NCBI GenBank assembly: GCA_027490155.1
Contig: JAIXYP010000028.1
Coordinates: 8,132 to 72,131 of the forward strand
Length of the DNA: 64,000 nucleotides
Reading direction: 5' to 3'
From: Cytophagaceae bacterium
GTDB lineage: Bacteria > Bacteroidota > Bacteroidia > Cytophagales > Flexibacteraceae
Below, piece after piece: positions 28,105-37,559 of this stretch. The notes below the pieces were generated by a model. It saw nothing but the letters and a program-made list of their open reading frames with translations, made no database searches and had not been told where the DNA came from. The number at the start of each line of letters is the position of its first letter. The first letter of the stretch is position 1. The position numbers were made by a program, and so were the translations under genes.

Positions 28105-28830
28105 CTAGTCTTGCACCTTGGCTACCAAGGCCAATTTGTGGGAATCCAAAATCAAGATTTGGCGCTCCTGTAAGTCAATCAGTTTATCCGCCTTAAACTC
28201 AGCTAACATCCTGATTAAGGACTCTGTGGCCGTACCAACAAGATTGCTAAGATCTTCGCGACTAAGCGACACATCAAGGGTTTTGCCATCAGCGCGTAAG
28301 CCATAGTAACTTTTTAGCATCAGCAAAGCCTCCGCAGTACGCTCGCGCACTGTTTTAGTTGCCATGGAGGCTATTTTATCTTCAGCAACCTTCAAATCAT
28401 CTGACATGACCTGCATTAGGCGCTGGAAAACCCCATCACCTTCGTCTAAAAGATCCTTAAAAACAGACTTAGGCACAAAACAAATCCTACTGTCTTCCAG
28501 TGCCTCGGCTGTAGCCATATAAGGGTCACCACTGATCAAGGACCGATACCCGATCGAGTCTCCAGGTTTGGCCAACCTGATGATTTGCTCCTTACCAAGC
28601 TCACTCGTTTTGTATAGTTTGACCTTACCACTGAAGATAGAGAACAATCCCATTGGCCTATTGGCCTCATGAAAAATAACATCACCCTTACGAAAAACGT
28701 TACATGACTTCTCTTGATCAAGACAATCTAGTTTTTCGGGTTGCAGATCAGCCATCAGGCTACGGTGACGCACAGGGCAGTTCCGGCAATCTGGTGTTTT
28801 GGGATGTGCTTGACGGGTTGAAGTACTCAT
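28105..28830 (-). CDS. Crp/Fnr family transcriptional regulator with an N-terminal Cys cluster (FNR-like), second copy
   Basis: CRNCPVRH…C…C N-terminus, cNMP-binding domain, and a C-terminal HTH (LSREDLSNLVGTATESLIRML). Confidence 0.8.
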   Translation of the reverse strand: MSTSTRQAHPKTPDCRNCPVRHRSLMADLQPEKLDCLDQEKSCNVFRKGDVIFHEANRPMGLFSIFSGKVKLYKTSELGKEQIIRLAKPGDSIGYRSLISGDPYMATAEALEDSRICFVPKSVFKDLLDEGDGVFQRLMQVMSDDLKVAEDKIASMATKTVRERTAEALLMLKSYYGLRADGKTLDVSLSREDLSNLVGTATESLIRMLAEFKADKLIDLQERQILILDSHKLALVAKVQD

Positions 28831-28974
28831 GACAGATCAGTCAAAAAATTAGTATCAACGTTTGGTCTTGTTAAACATGGCTTCAGACCTAGTTTGTTGA
28901 ATAACGTTGTATACACTCAAAGGTGGCAAATTTTTACCTATTTTCATGATGGCATCAGGGCAATTCCTGCGCCA

Positions 28975-29151
28975 TCATTGGTGGTTTGTTTCGGTTTGGG
29001 CTGGCGGTTGTGGCGTATCGTCTCCTAACATCCTGACAGCGGGTGAGATCATGTCCTCAAACTGGCCCGATCCTGCACTACGCAAAAAGGCAATCAGGAA
29101 GCCTATGGCCACCGTCAAGGAAATCAAAATCAGGATTATCATTGCTTCCAT
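28975..29151 (-). CDS. ccoS: cbb3-type cytochrome oxidase maturation protein CcoS (59 aa). Not in the supplied ORF track because it is under 60 aa.
   Basis: My manual reverse-strand translation gives MEAMIILILISLTVAIGFLIAFLRSAGSGQFEDMISPAVRMLGDDTPQPPAQTETNHQ. It has a single TM and the CcoS signature RSGQF(D/E)D…P…R.L.DD. Its ATG lies 2 nt after the ccoI stop. Confidence 0.8.
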   Translation of the reverse strand: MEAMIILILISLTVAIGFLIAFLRSAGSGQFEDMISPAVRMLGDDTPQPPAQTETNHQ

Positions 29152-29153
29152 AG

Positions 29154-31754
29154 CTAGTTGGTCGGGGTTGTTGAGTAGTCGTTAATGGTTGATAGCAGCC
29201 TCTTGGCCTGCCACCTAGTGAGGATAACCGCAAGTGCAACTACCGAAAGTGAGCTCAAGGGCATAAAGAAAGCTGCCACCATTGGTGATAGGTGCCCACT
29301 AACGGCCATACTTAGGCCAATAGCATTGTAAACAAGCGAAAGCCAAAAGCTAACCGTAACCATTTTAAGTGTGGACTTTGCAAAACTCAGATAGCTTGGC
29401 AGGTTTACAAGTGCTTTGTCCGAAACTAGGGCATCAGCAGCTGGGTTAAATTGGTGACCACCTTGCGTAACGGCAAGGGCGATAGTGGCTGTGCGCATAG
29501 CTGGGCCATCATTGAGGCCATCACCAACCATGAGTACTGTATTCCCTGCCTCCATTAGCTTCTTAATATAGATCCATTTATCCTCTGGTTTTTGATTAAA
29601 CAGAACAGATAAGCTAGGAATCAGTCGCTGGATAGGGCCAAGAACGGAGGCCCCAGCCGCACTATCACCAGTGCTTACACTCAATGCAAAGGCAGAGGCC
29701 AGTTGCTTCATCATCATTAGCAGACCTGGGCGAAGCGGCTGCCTAAACAAAAAATAACCTAAAATGGTCTCTTCCTGTGCCACAACAACAACCGAGCCAT
29801 CCGCAGGAGTTTCAAGTTGGCCTTGCCAGACGCCTCCACAAAATTCCATCCCTCCAATCCTGAATAGACCATGGTCAGTCGAAACAACCAAACCTTGACC
29901 AACCAATTGCTGAATATGTAGCAGGTGTATTTGCTTTAGGGCTGCAGGATCTTGACCTTGGCCGCAGCATCGCAAATATTTGCAGGCCGCCAACAAGGCA
30001 GGGTGATTATTGGCGGTGCTTGCTAGGCTGATCAATGACCGCACCAGAGCTGGGACATCGCTTTTAATGCCAGCTTGATTGTACCACGAGATACCATCGG
30101 TTTGCCCCATATCGGTCAAGGTGCCTGTTTTGTCAAATACGATTTGGTTAAGCTGAGCCAACCATTCGAAAACTTGGCCATTCTTAAGATAAAGACCTTT
30201 GGAGGCCAACAAACTAACAGCCTGACCACTAGCAAATGGCATTGCCAAAGTGAGGGCACAGGGGCAAGCCACCATCAGGACCGAGGTGAAGGCACTAATG
30301 GCTAAACCAGTATCTGTACTGAGCCAATAGGCTGCCGATAACAAGGCAATTCCCAACGTAATGAGGACAAACCACCGTACAAAGGCCTCAGCAAGTGGGG
30401 TGCTGTGTTGTTTGCCATCTGACGACTGATTGGCCCTTTTCCAGAGCTGGGCCAAGTAACTTTGTTGGGGTAGTTTATCCACTCGGCCTATCAACGAGCC
30501 TGCTACAAGTTTGGCCCCTGCCCAGACCTCCTCACCCTCCTGAACCAGTATGGCGTCAGATTCGCCAGTGATGTAAGCATTATCGATCATAGCGCCTTGG
30601 GCTGAGATCACTTTTAAGTCTGCTGGCAAGGTTTCACCAATCCGGATTAGGACCAACTCCCCTAACTTCAAAGTGCTTACCAGTCGAGTGATCGGGGCGG
30701 AATAATCATCCTTGCCAGAGACTACTTGGCAAGTGAACGGCAAAAACTGATCAAGCTGGTGGCCAAAAGACAAACCCTCATAATACCGAGTTTGCATCCA
30801 TTGACCTATCAGAAGCAGAAAGATGAGTCCGGACAAACTATCAAAATAGCCAGTCCCTGTCTGAAACCCCACCTCTACTAGGCTCCTAAATAATAAAGTA
30901 GTAATGGCAAGGGCGATGGGGAAGTCCACACTGAGCTGGCCATGGCGCATATTTAGCCAGGTCTTGGTATAGTATGGCCAAGCCGAATAGCTAACAACCA
31001 TTATTGACAACAAGACTGACAGCACCGTGAACACTGGCTGAAGCTGCCGGAGCAGTAGTTGGTCAAGACCCAAATAAGCCGGAAAACTCAGCATCATGAT
31101 GTTGCTGGTACAAAAGCCAGCCAACCCAAGTCGCTTCAGCAAAGCCCTAGATGCTGTCCGGTCCGTTTGACCTTGGCTGTCAGCAGTTGGTGGTTGAAGC
31201 AATGGCGGGTAGCCCAACTTGGCCAAAATCCCTGCCACTTCACTCAGTTGTATTCCATCAGGTCGAAACCAAATAGTAACCGACTTGTCCGCAAAATCTG
31301 CCCTTGACGACAAAATTGCTGGGTTGAACTTTGATAGGTTGTCAAGCAAAAATAAACATGACGCACAGGTTATAGCTGGGCAAACTAGCCGAATGCTAGC
31401 CTCCTCCCCTCTTGACATTAGGCCTAGGCCAAGGGCAACCTCGGCTTTGTCCAGAACTGCATATTGGGCAGTATCAACTCGCCCAAGCCTGAGCGAGGCT
31501 CGGCTACGTGTGTGGTCGATGTCATAATAGTCACAAAGGTCATGAGCGCTAATCAGGTTATAGACCGCAAGACAACCATTACAACAAAAATGATATTCCC
31601 CCACAGTGATGACCTCGTCAATGCACCGATCATGACAATGGTGACAAGTAGGCACCTTGGCCTTGATAGGCTTCGACTTTTGATTGATATCCACAACACT
31701 GGGCTCTCGTGTTGATATCGGTGGACTTAGGAAGGTACTAGCCATTATGGTCAA
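29154..31754 (-). CDS. ccoI: Copper-translocating P1B-type ATPase CcoI/FixI
   Basis: N-terminal CHHCHDRC metal-binding motif, CPC motif (ACPCALT), DKTGTLT phosphorylation site, and GDGLNDGPAM hinge. Confidence 0.9.
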   Translation of the reverse strand: MTIMASTFLSPPISTREPSVVDINQKSKPIKAKVPTCHHCHDRCIDEVITVGEYHFCCNGCLAVYNLISAHDLCDYYDIDHTRSRASLRLGRVDTAQYAVLDKAEVALGLGLMSRGEEASIRLVCPAITCASCLFLLDNLSKFNPAILSSRADFADKSVTIWFRPDGIQLSEVAGILAKLGYPPLLQPPTADSQGQTDRTASRALLKRLGLAGFCTSNIMMLSFPAYLGLDQLLLRQLQPVFTVLSVLLSIMVVSYSAWPYYTKTWLNMRHGQLSVDFPIALAITTLLFRSLVEVGFQTGTGYFDSLSGLIFLLLIGQWMQTRYYEGLSFGHQLDQFLPFTCQVVSGKDDYSAPITRLVSTLKLGELVLIRIGETLPADLKVISAQGAMIDNAYITGESDAILVQEGEEVWAGAKLVAGSLIGRVDKLPQQSYLAQLWKRANQSSDGKQHSTPLAEAFVRWFVLITLGIALLSAAYWLSTDTGLAISAFTSVLMVACPCALTLAMPFASGQAVSLLASKGLYLKNGQVFEWLAQLNQIVFDKTGTLTDMGQTDGISWYNQAGIKSDVPALVRSLISLASTANNHPALLAACKYLRCCGQGQDPAALKQIHLLHIQQLVGQGLVVSTDHGLFRIGGMEFCGGVWQGQLETPADGSVVVVAQEETILGYFLFRQPLRPGLLMMMKQLASAFALSVSTGDSAAGASVLGPIQRLIPSLSVLFNQKPEDKWIYIKKLMEAGNTVLMVGDGLNDGPAMRTATIALAVTQGGHQFNPAADALVSDKALVNLPSYLSFAKSTLKMVTVSFWLSLVYNAIGLSMAVSGHLSPMVAAFFMPLSSLSVVALAVILTRWQAKRLLSTINDYSTTPTN

Positions 31755-32166
31755 GGTGGAAGTGGTGGGCTAGAGACTTAAAAATTATTATCCAGGTAGT
31801 TTAACAAATCGCCAACCTCTAACTATCAGGAGAGATTGCCGGCAGCCAAATCGAGCCATTTGGTAGCCCATTTAACATGGATCAAAATTCGGTACGTACT
31901 GTCAGACGGATAACCGCATTCTATTAGGTAATGACCTGATATTTATCATGCCAAGTAATAGCAAGTATGAATCAATAATTACAGGTAATAAAACCCATGA
32001 CGCCTTGTATAGACAAAAAATACGCCTCTATCGGCTTTGGATGGCGGTTTTTCCGTTTTCATGACAAATATCATAAGGACCAATGAGTGGCATCAGGCGT
32101 GGGCCTGTACAGCCACAATACCTTCGCACTATCGATCTGGAAGGCCCAGCACGCTCAGGAAACAAA

Positions 32167-32192
32167 CCAATCATTTTGACAAAAATGATTGG
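32167..32192. promoter_or_regulatory. Perfect 26-bp palindrome (11-bp arms, 4-bp spacer) about 50 nt upstream of ccoNO
   Basis: CCAATCATTTT-GACA-AAAATGATTGG. The reverse complement is identical. Confidence 0.5.
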
Positions 32193-32240
32193 CATATCCT
32201 GATCAGATGCTAGACAACAACTTTTCGGACGATATGACTT

Positions 32241-34451
32241 ATGGCATCAACAAGTATACAAACAGACGAGAGGACAGCCCACGGACAAGGACCGATGGAG
32301 CACTTTGCTTACGACAATAAGACAGTACTCCTTTTCACGATCGCGACGTTGGTCTTTGGCATTATTGGCATGACGGTGGGCCTCCTGATGGCGATCCAGC
32401 TATTCTACCCGGTTTTTAACTTCGAGCTCCAGTACACCACATTTGGGCGTATCAGGCCGTTGCATACCAATGCCGTCATATTTGCTTTTGTGGGCAATGC
32501 CATGTTCGCAGGGGTATATTATTCGCTCCAGCGTTTGCTCAAGGCCAGGATGTTTAGCGACGCCCTTAGCCAGATTCACTTCTGGGGTTGGCAGCTAATC
32601 ATTTTGGCAGCAGCAATCACCCTACCACTCGGGATGACCACCAGCCATGAATATGCCGAGCTGGAGTGGCCCATCGACATTGCCATCACCCTGATCTGGG
32701 TCGTTTTCGGGATAAACCTGATCGGCACCATCCTGAAAAGGCGCGAGCGGCACATGTATGTAGCTGTTTGGTTCTATATCGCAACCTTCATTACGGTGGC
32801 AGTCTTGCATATTGTCAACTCGTTTGAGCTCCCGATCAGCTGGACAAAAAGCTATTATCTCTACGCTGGCGTGCAAGATGCCCTAGTCCAGTGGTGGTAT
32901 GGTCATAATGCTGTGGCCTTCTTCCTGACGACCCCATTTCTGGGCCTGATGTACTACTTCTTGCCCAAGGCAGCACAACGTCCTGTTTACTCTTACAGGC
33001 TTTCGATCATCCACTTTTGGTCATTAATATTTCTGTACATCTGGGCTGGTCCTCACCATTTGCTCTATACCAGTCTGCCAGACTGGGCCCAAAGCCTTGG
33101 GGTAGTGTTCAGTATCATGCTGATTGCGCCGAGCTGGGGCGGTATGCTCAACGGCCTACTCACACTCCGTGGTGCCTGGGACAAAGTCAGGGTTGACCCA
33201 GTGCTCAAATTTATGGTCGTGGCGGTGACAGCCTACGGTATGGCAACCCTCGAAGGCCCCTTGCTTTCGCTCAAGAACGTTAATGCCATCGCCCACTTTA
33301 CGGACTGGATCGTAGCACACGTACACGTCGGTGGCCTTGGCTGGAACGGCTTCTTGATCTTCGGGATGCTCTATTACATGATCCCAAAAATGTATGGGAC
33401 CAAGCTCTATAGTGTCCGCCTAGCTAACGTCCACTTCTGGATAGGTACCATCGGCATCCTCACTTATGCGTTGCCGATGTACTTCAGTGGGTTCACTCAG
33501 AGTTTGATGTGGAAAGAATTTATGGCAGATGGCCTCTTGCGCTACCCCAACTTCTTGGAGACCACCCTGCAATTATTGCCGCTACACATGTTCCGTGCAC
33601 TAGGTGGCCTGCTCTACCTGATTGGTGTGTTCGTGATGGTCTATAACCTGCGCAAGACTGCTGTCGCCGGTCACCTCATTGCCAACGAACCTGCCCAAGC
33701 ACCTGTACTCCAAACCCTAGTCCATCAAACTGGTGGTGGCTGGCATACAGTACTTGAGCGCAAACCAATCTTGTTTGCTAGCCTAAGCCTAGTTGCTATC
33801 CTGATCGGTGGTATGGTCGAGATGATCCCAACCTTCTTGATAAAAAACAACATACCAACCATCAGTGCAGTCAAGCCATACACCTTGCTGGAGCTCGAAG
33901 GCCGTGACGTCTATATCCGCGAAGGATGTGTCAACTGTCATAGCCAGATGGTACGTCCATTCCGGAGTGAAGCTGAGCGTTACGGAGAGTACTCCAAAGC
34001 TGGCGAGTTCGTGTATGATCACCCTTTCTTGTGGGGTAGCAAACGTACTGGCCCTGATCTACACCGCATCGGCGGAAAATATCCTGACAGCTGGCACTAT
34101 AACCACATGCTGGAGCCTAGCACCATGTCTCCCGGCAGTGTAATGCCATCCTATCCTTGGCTGTTTGACCAGCAATGGTCTGCCCAAGACATGCCAGCTA
34201 AGGTCAGTGCGATGCGGAGCCTAGGCGTGCCATACGCCCTCGGCACAGAGGCCATCGCAGGTCAGTTGATGAGCGCACAGGCCAACATAATTGTCAAGAA
34301 CCTCAAAGAAGCAGGTGTTAACACCAAACCCGAGGCAGAGATCATCGCCCTGATCGCTTACCTACAGCGCCTAGGCACCGACATCAAAAAACAACCTAAG
34401 GCCGACACCGAAGCCCCGCTTTCTGCTGACCTATCCACCACCAACCAATAA
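32241..34451 (+). CDS. ccoNO: cbb3-type cytochrome c oxidase subunits I+II fused (CcoN-CcoO)
   Basis: Heme-copper oxidase subunit I with 12+ TM and His ligands (HFWSLIF…HH, HVHVGGLGWNGF), then a C-terminal mono-heme CcoO domain with CVNCHSQMVRPF. Confidence 0.92.
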   Translation: MASTSIQTDERTAHGQGPMEHFAYDNKTVLLFTIATLVFGIIGMTVGLLMAIQLFYPVFNFELQYTTFGRIRPLHTNAVIFAFVGNAMFAGVYYSLQRLLKARMFSDALSQIHFWGWQLIILAAAITLPLGMTTSHEYAELEWPIDIAITLIWVVFGINLIGTILKRRERHMYVAVWFYIATFITVAVLHIVNSFELPISWTKSYYLYAGVQDALVQWWYGHNAVAFFLTTPFLGLMYYFLPKAAQRPVYSYRLSIIHFWSLIFLYIWAGPHHLLYTSLPDWAQSLGVVFSIMLIAPSWGGMLNGLLTLRGAWDKVRVDPVLKFMVVAVTAYGMATLEGPLLSLKNVNAIAHFTDWIVAHVHVGGLGWNGFLIFGMLYYMIPKMYGTKLYSVRLANVHFWIGTIGILTYALPMYFSGFTQSLMWKEFMADGLLRYPNFLETTLQLLPLHMFRALGGLLYLIGVFVMVYNLRKTAVAGHLIANEPAQAPVLQTLVHQTGGGWHTVLERKPILFASLSLVAILIGGMVEMIPTFLIKNNIPTISAVKPYTLLELEGRDVYIREGCVNCHSQMVRPFRSEAERYGEYSKAGEFVYDHPFLWGSKRTGPDLHRIGGKYPDSWHYNHMLEPSTMSPGSVMPSYPWLFDQQWSAQDMPAKVSAMRSLGVPYALGTEAIAGQLMSAQANIIVKNLKEAGVNTKPEAEIIALIAYLQRLGTDIKKQPKADTEAPLSADLSTTNQ

Positions 34452-34463
34452 CGCACGACAACC

Positions 34464-34649
34464 ATGTTCAAACACTATTTCGAGCGCATCGCTGACCAAG
34501 TGAGCATCTATCCACTATTCTCACTGGTTGTCTTTTTTGCCTTTTTCATCGGGCTGTTGGTCTGGGCATACTTCGCCAACAAACCGCACATTGCCTACAT
34601 GGCCAACCTGCCTTTGTCAGATGACGGCCTACCGACTGACAACCAATAA
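34464..34649 (+). CDS. ccoQ: CcoQ/FixQ-family small membrane subunit of cbb3 oxidase
   Basis: 61-aa single-TM protein immediately after ccoNO. Confidence 0.65.
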   Translation: MFKHYFERIADQVSIYPLFSLVVFFAFFIGLLVWAYFANKPHIAYMANLPLSDDGLPTDNQ

Positions 34650-34676
34650 CATAGCCTTCCCAAACGACATACTTAA

Positions 34677-35507
34677 ATGGACTCAATCCTGAATCAGCTT
34701 CACGAAGGAAACAATCCTGAGCAGGCCTTTCTACTCCTCGCTGTCTTGGCACTAATCATCCTGATCGGGGTAGCATTGTTTATCGCCCTTATCCAGATTG
34801 GTGGGCTATACAACATTTTGCAGAAGCGAAATGGTGGCGACACCTGGCAACTTGCCGTCACTCGTTGGTGGACCAGTATATATGATGCGCAAGTAGGCCT
34901 CAAGCCACTCGAAACGGAGCAAGAGCTATTGCTCGCCCATGACTATGACGGTATCACCGAGCTTGATAACCACTTACCGCCTTGGTGGAAAAACCTATTC
35001 TACGCCACTATCTTGTTCGGGGGTGTATATATGGTTATGTACCACATCACCGGTAGCTGGCAGTTGCAACTAGCCGAGTATGAAACAGAGTTATCCTTGG
35101 CCGCCACCGAAAAAGCCAAGTGGGAAAAAACCCAAACCAATAGCATCAACGAGACTAGTGCCAAGTTCTTGACTGATGCGTCAACAATCAATGATGGCAA
35201 AGGCATCTACACTGCCAACTGCGTCGCCTGTCACGGGCCTGCTGCAGGTGGTGGTGTCGGTCCTAACCTGACGGATAGCTACTGGTTACATGGCAACACA
35301 ATTAACGATGTTTTCAAAACCATCAAATATGGTGTGGCTGGCAAGGGCATGACTGCTTGGCAGGCCACACTGAATCCAAAACAGATTCAGGCTGTCGCCA
35401 GCTATGTCCTGAGCCTTAACGGAAGCAACCCAGCCAACGCCAAAGAACCCCAAGGCAAACTACTGGCTAACACGGCCCAAGCCAAACAAGCAACCGCGGC
35501 TAAATAG
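34677..35507 (+). CDS. ccoP: cbb3-type cytochrome c oxidase subunit III (CcoP/FixP), mono-heme form
   Basis: FixP N-terminal domain (ELDNHLPPWWKNLFYATILFGGVYMV) and one CVACHG heme-binding site. Confidence 0.85.
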   Translation: MDSILNQLHEGNNPEQAFLLLAVLALIILIGVALFIALIQIGGLYNILQKRNGGDTWQLAVTRWWTSIYDAQVGLKPLETEQELLLAHDYDGITELDNHLPPWWKNLFYATILFGGVYMVMYHITGSWQLQLAEYETELSLAATEKAKWEKTQTNSINETSAKFLTDASTINDGKGIYTANCVACHGPAAGGGVGPNLTDSYWLHGNTINDVFKTIKYGVAGKGMTAWQATLNPKQIQAVASYVLSLNGSNPANAKEPQGKLLANTAQAKQATAAK

Positions 35508-35587
35508 GCCAAACAATACCGTATGCAGGCCCCTATCCGCAAGGCAAAAGGCAACCGTAGTACCAGTGCCAAATCTCCCCTACCACT

Positions 35588-37021
35588 ATGATCAAGTCCA
35601 GCACCGATAGTAGCCTATTTGACCTAGACGATGACTTTCGAGATCATCTAGCTACGGTCTCTAGCACTGGTAAACGCATTTGGCTCTACCCGCGGGAGAT
35701 AAAAGGTTACTTTACGACCATGCGCCGCTATGTGGCCTGGATCCTGATCGGACTTTGGATCATTGTACCTTGGATCAGCTGGGACAACCAACCACTGATG
35801 CTCTTTAATGTTCTGGACAGGCACTTTATCATCTTAGGCCAGCATTTTTACCCGCAGGACCTGATGTATTTCGGAATCCTGTTGCTAACGTTCTTTTTGT
35901 TCATTGCCTTCTTTACCGTCACGTTCGGACGGGTATGGTGCGGTTGGGCCTGCCCGCAGACCTTGTTTATGGAGCAGATTTTCCGTCGGTACGAGTACTG
36001 GATCGAAGGAAGTGCCAAACAACAACAACTGCTAGACGCCCAACCCTTTAACCTTGAAAAGCTCTGGAAACGAGGAGCCAAACATAGCCTCTTTATCCTG
36101 ACCTCCATCGGAATCGGTTTGCTCGTGATGCTCTACGTTTGGGGTCGTGTGCCAGTCATGGGCTGGATAATGGCGGGGCCACTGTCCAACACTACATTCC
36201 TTAGCTTTCTCCTGGTATTCACGGCCGTTTTCTACGGAGTCTTCAGCTGGGCCCGCGAGCAGGTCTGCACCGCAATCTGTCCTTATGGTCGTCTCCAGAG
36301 TGTTTTGCTTAATAACAAGAGCCTACTAGTGCTCTACAACAACCTAAGAGGAGAGCCTAGGCGCGAAAAAGGCAGCCACAAAACCGACTTGCTTACCCCA
36401 ATGACTGATACCAGCTCCAATGGGGACTGCATCAGCTGTGGCCTATGTGTGCAAGTCTGCCCCACAGGGATTGATATCCGGAATGGCACCCAACTTGAGT
36501 GTATCAACTGCACTGCCTGTATCGATGCCTGTGACGCAGTCATGGATAAAATTGGGAAGCCACATGGTTTGGTTACCCTCAGCAGTCATGACCAGATCGA
36601 GAAAGTGTCCAAACCTTGGCAACCAAGCCGCAGGGTTTGGGTTGCAACTGCTGCTATGGTCGTCCTACTGCTCCTTGATGCTGCAATCCTGTGGTCTCGC
36701 AGCCCGATCACGATCACCTTGCTCCGTGTACCAGGCCAGATGTATCAAAAGGGACAAAATGACACCATCACTAACCTCTATAACCTCCAGATGACCAATA
36801 AAACCAATGAAACCATTACACTAAGCCCCTCAGTTATGGGCGGCAGGGTCAAGTTGGTTGCTGGGCAGATGACGCTTTTGCCGCAAGGCCAAGTTGACCT
36901 AATCGTCTTTATAGCCTTGCCCAAATCCGCCGTCCAGACCAACCGTAATAACATCGAGATGTTACTCAAGGACCAAGAAGGCAAAGTCTATCACCAGAAA
37001 ACAACCTTTTTGGCTCCATAA
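35588..37021 (+). CDS. ccoG: Cytochrome c oxidase accessory protein CcoG/FixG (4Fe-4S ferredoxin-type membrane protein)
   Basis: Multi-TM N-terminus, then CISCGLCVQVCPTGIDIR and CINCTACIDACD clusters, and a C-terminal Ig-like domain. Confidence 0.88.
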   Translation: MIKSSTDSSLFDLDDDFRDHLATVSSTGKRIWLYPREIKGYFTTMRRYVAWILIGLWIIVPWISWDNQPLMLFNVLDRHFIILGQHFYPQDLMYFGILLLTFFLFIAFFTVTFGRVWCGWACPQTLFMEQIFRRYEYWIEGSAKQQQLLDAQPFNLEKLWKRGAKHSLFILTSIGIGLLVMLYVWGRVPVMGWIMAGPLSNTTFLSFLLVFTAVFYGVFSWAREQVCTAICPYGRLQSVLLNNKSLLVLYNNLRGEPRREKGSHKTDLLTPMTDTSSNGDCISCGLCVQVCPTGIDIRNGTQLECINCTACIDACDAVMDKIGKPHGLVTLSSHDQIEKVSKPWQPSRRVWVATAAMVVLLLLDAAILWSRSPITITLLRVPGQMYQKGQNDTITNLYNLQMTNKTNETITLSPSVMGGRVKLVAGQMTLLPQGQVDLIVFIALPKSAVQTNRNNIEMLLKDQEGKVYHQKTTFLAP

Positions 37022-37082
37022 CGCCACATCGCCCTGTTTGCCCCTATTGATACACATAATCAGTGCCTAGCTACCAATTACA

Positions 37083-37535
37083 ATGTTCAAATTCATCATC
37101 GGATTATTCATTTCCTTCTTCATCCTGATGGCAGGCATGGTGATCATCAGCATCAACCAGAAGGACATCTTTTTGGTCAGCCCGACCTACTACAATGAGG
37201 AGCTAGCCTACCAAACCACCATCGACGCCCTCAACCGCACCCCGCAAGATTGTATCCAGCTAGATCAGTCCGGGAAATCCATTGTGGTCACCGTTGCAAC
37301 CAAGGGGCTTGACAGCACCCTATTTGTCAATAGCCAAGGGCTACCAGTTAGTCTGAAGGTGGAACTCCGTAGGCCCGACAATGCCAAGCTAGACAGGGAC
37401 ATCAATCTTAGCATCCCGACGGACCTTGGTGCTATGCGCTTTGAAAAACCCATGCCAGGACAATGGAGAGTATATATTAGGTGGAAACAAGCTGGTCAAG
37501 ATCATCTCTGGCGCACGACCTATTACATCAACTAG
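37083..37535 (+). CDS. ccoH: FixH/CcoH family protein
   Basis: 150 aa with one N-terminal TM, positioned after ccoG. Confidence 0.75.
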   Translation: MFKFIIGLFISFFILMAGMVIISINQKDIFLVSPTYYNEELAYQTTIDALNRTPQDCIQLDQSGKSIVVTVATKGLDSTLFVNSQGLPVSLKVELRRPDNAKLDRDINLSIPTDLGAMRFEKPMPGQWRVYIRWKQAGQDHLWRTTYYIN

Positions 37536-37559
37536 GTAGTAAATCAACCAAGATTCGTT

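Noticed and set aside
28907-29185. 92-aa plus-strand ORF from the six-frame track
   Set aside because: It overlaps the clearly identifiable minus-strand ccoS (59 aa, CcoS signature) and the ccoI 3' end. It has no recognisable features.
31755-32240. FNR-type box (TTGAT-N4-ATCAA) in the ccoI/ccoNO divergent region
   Set aside because: Only partial matches were found (for example TTAAC-ATGG-ATCAA, and TGATA-TT-TATCA at 31936-31947). No perfect FNR consensus is present. The 26-bp palindrome at 32167 is reported instead.
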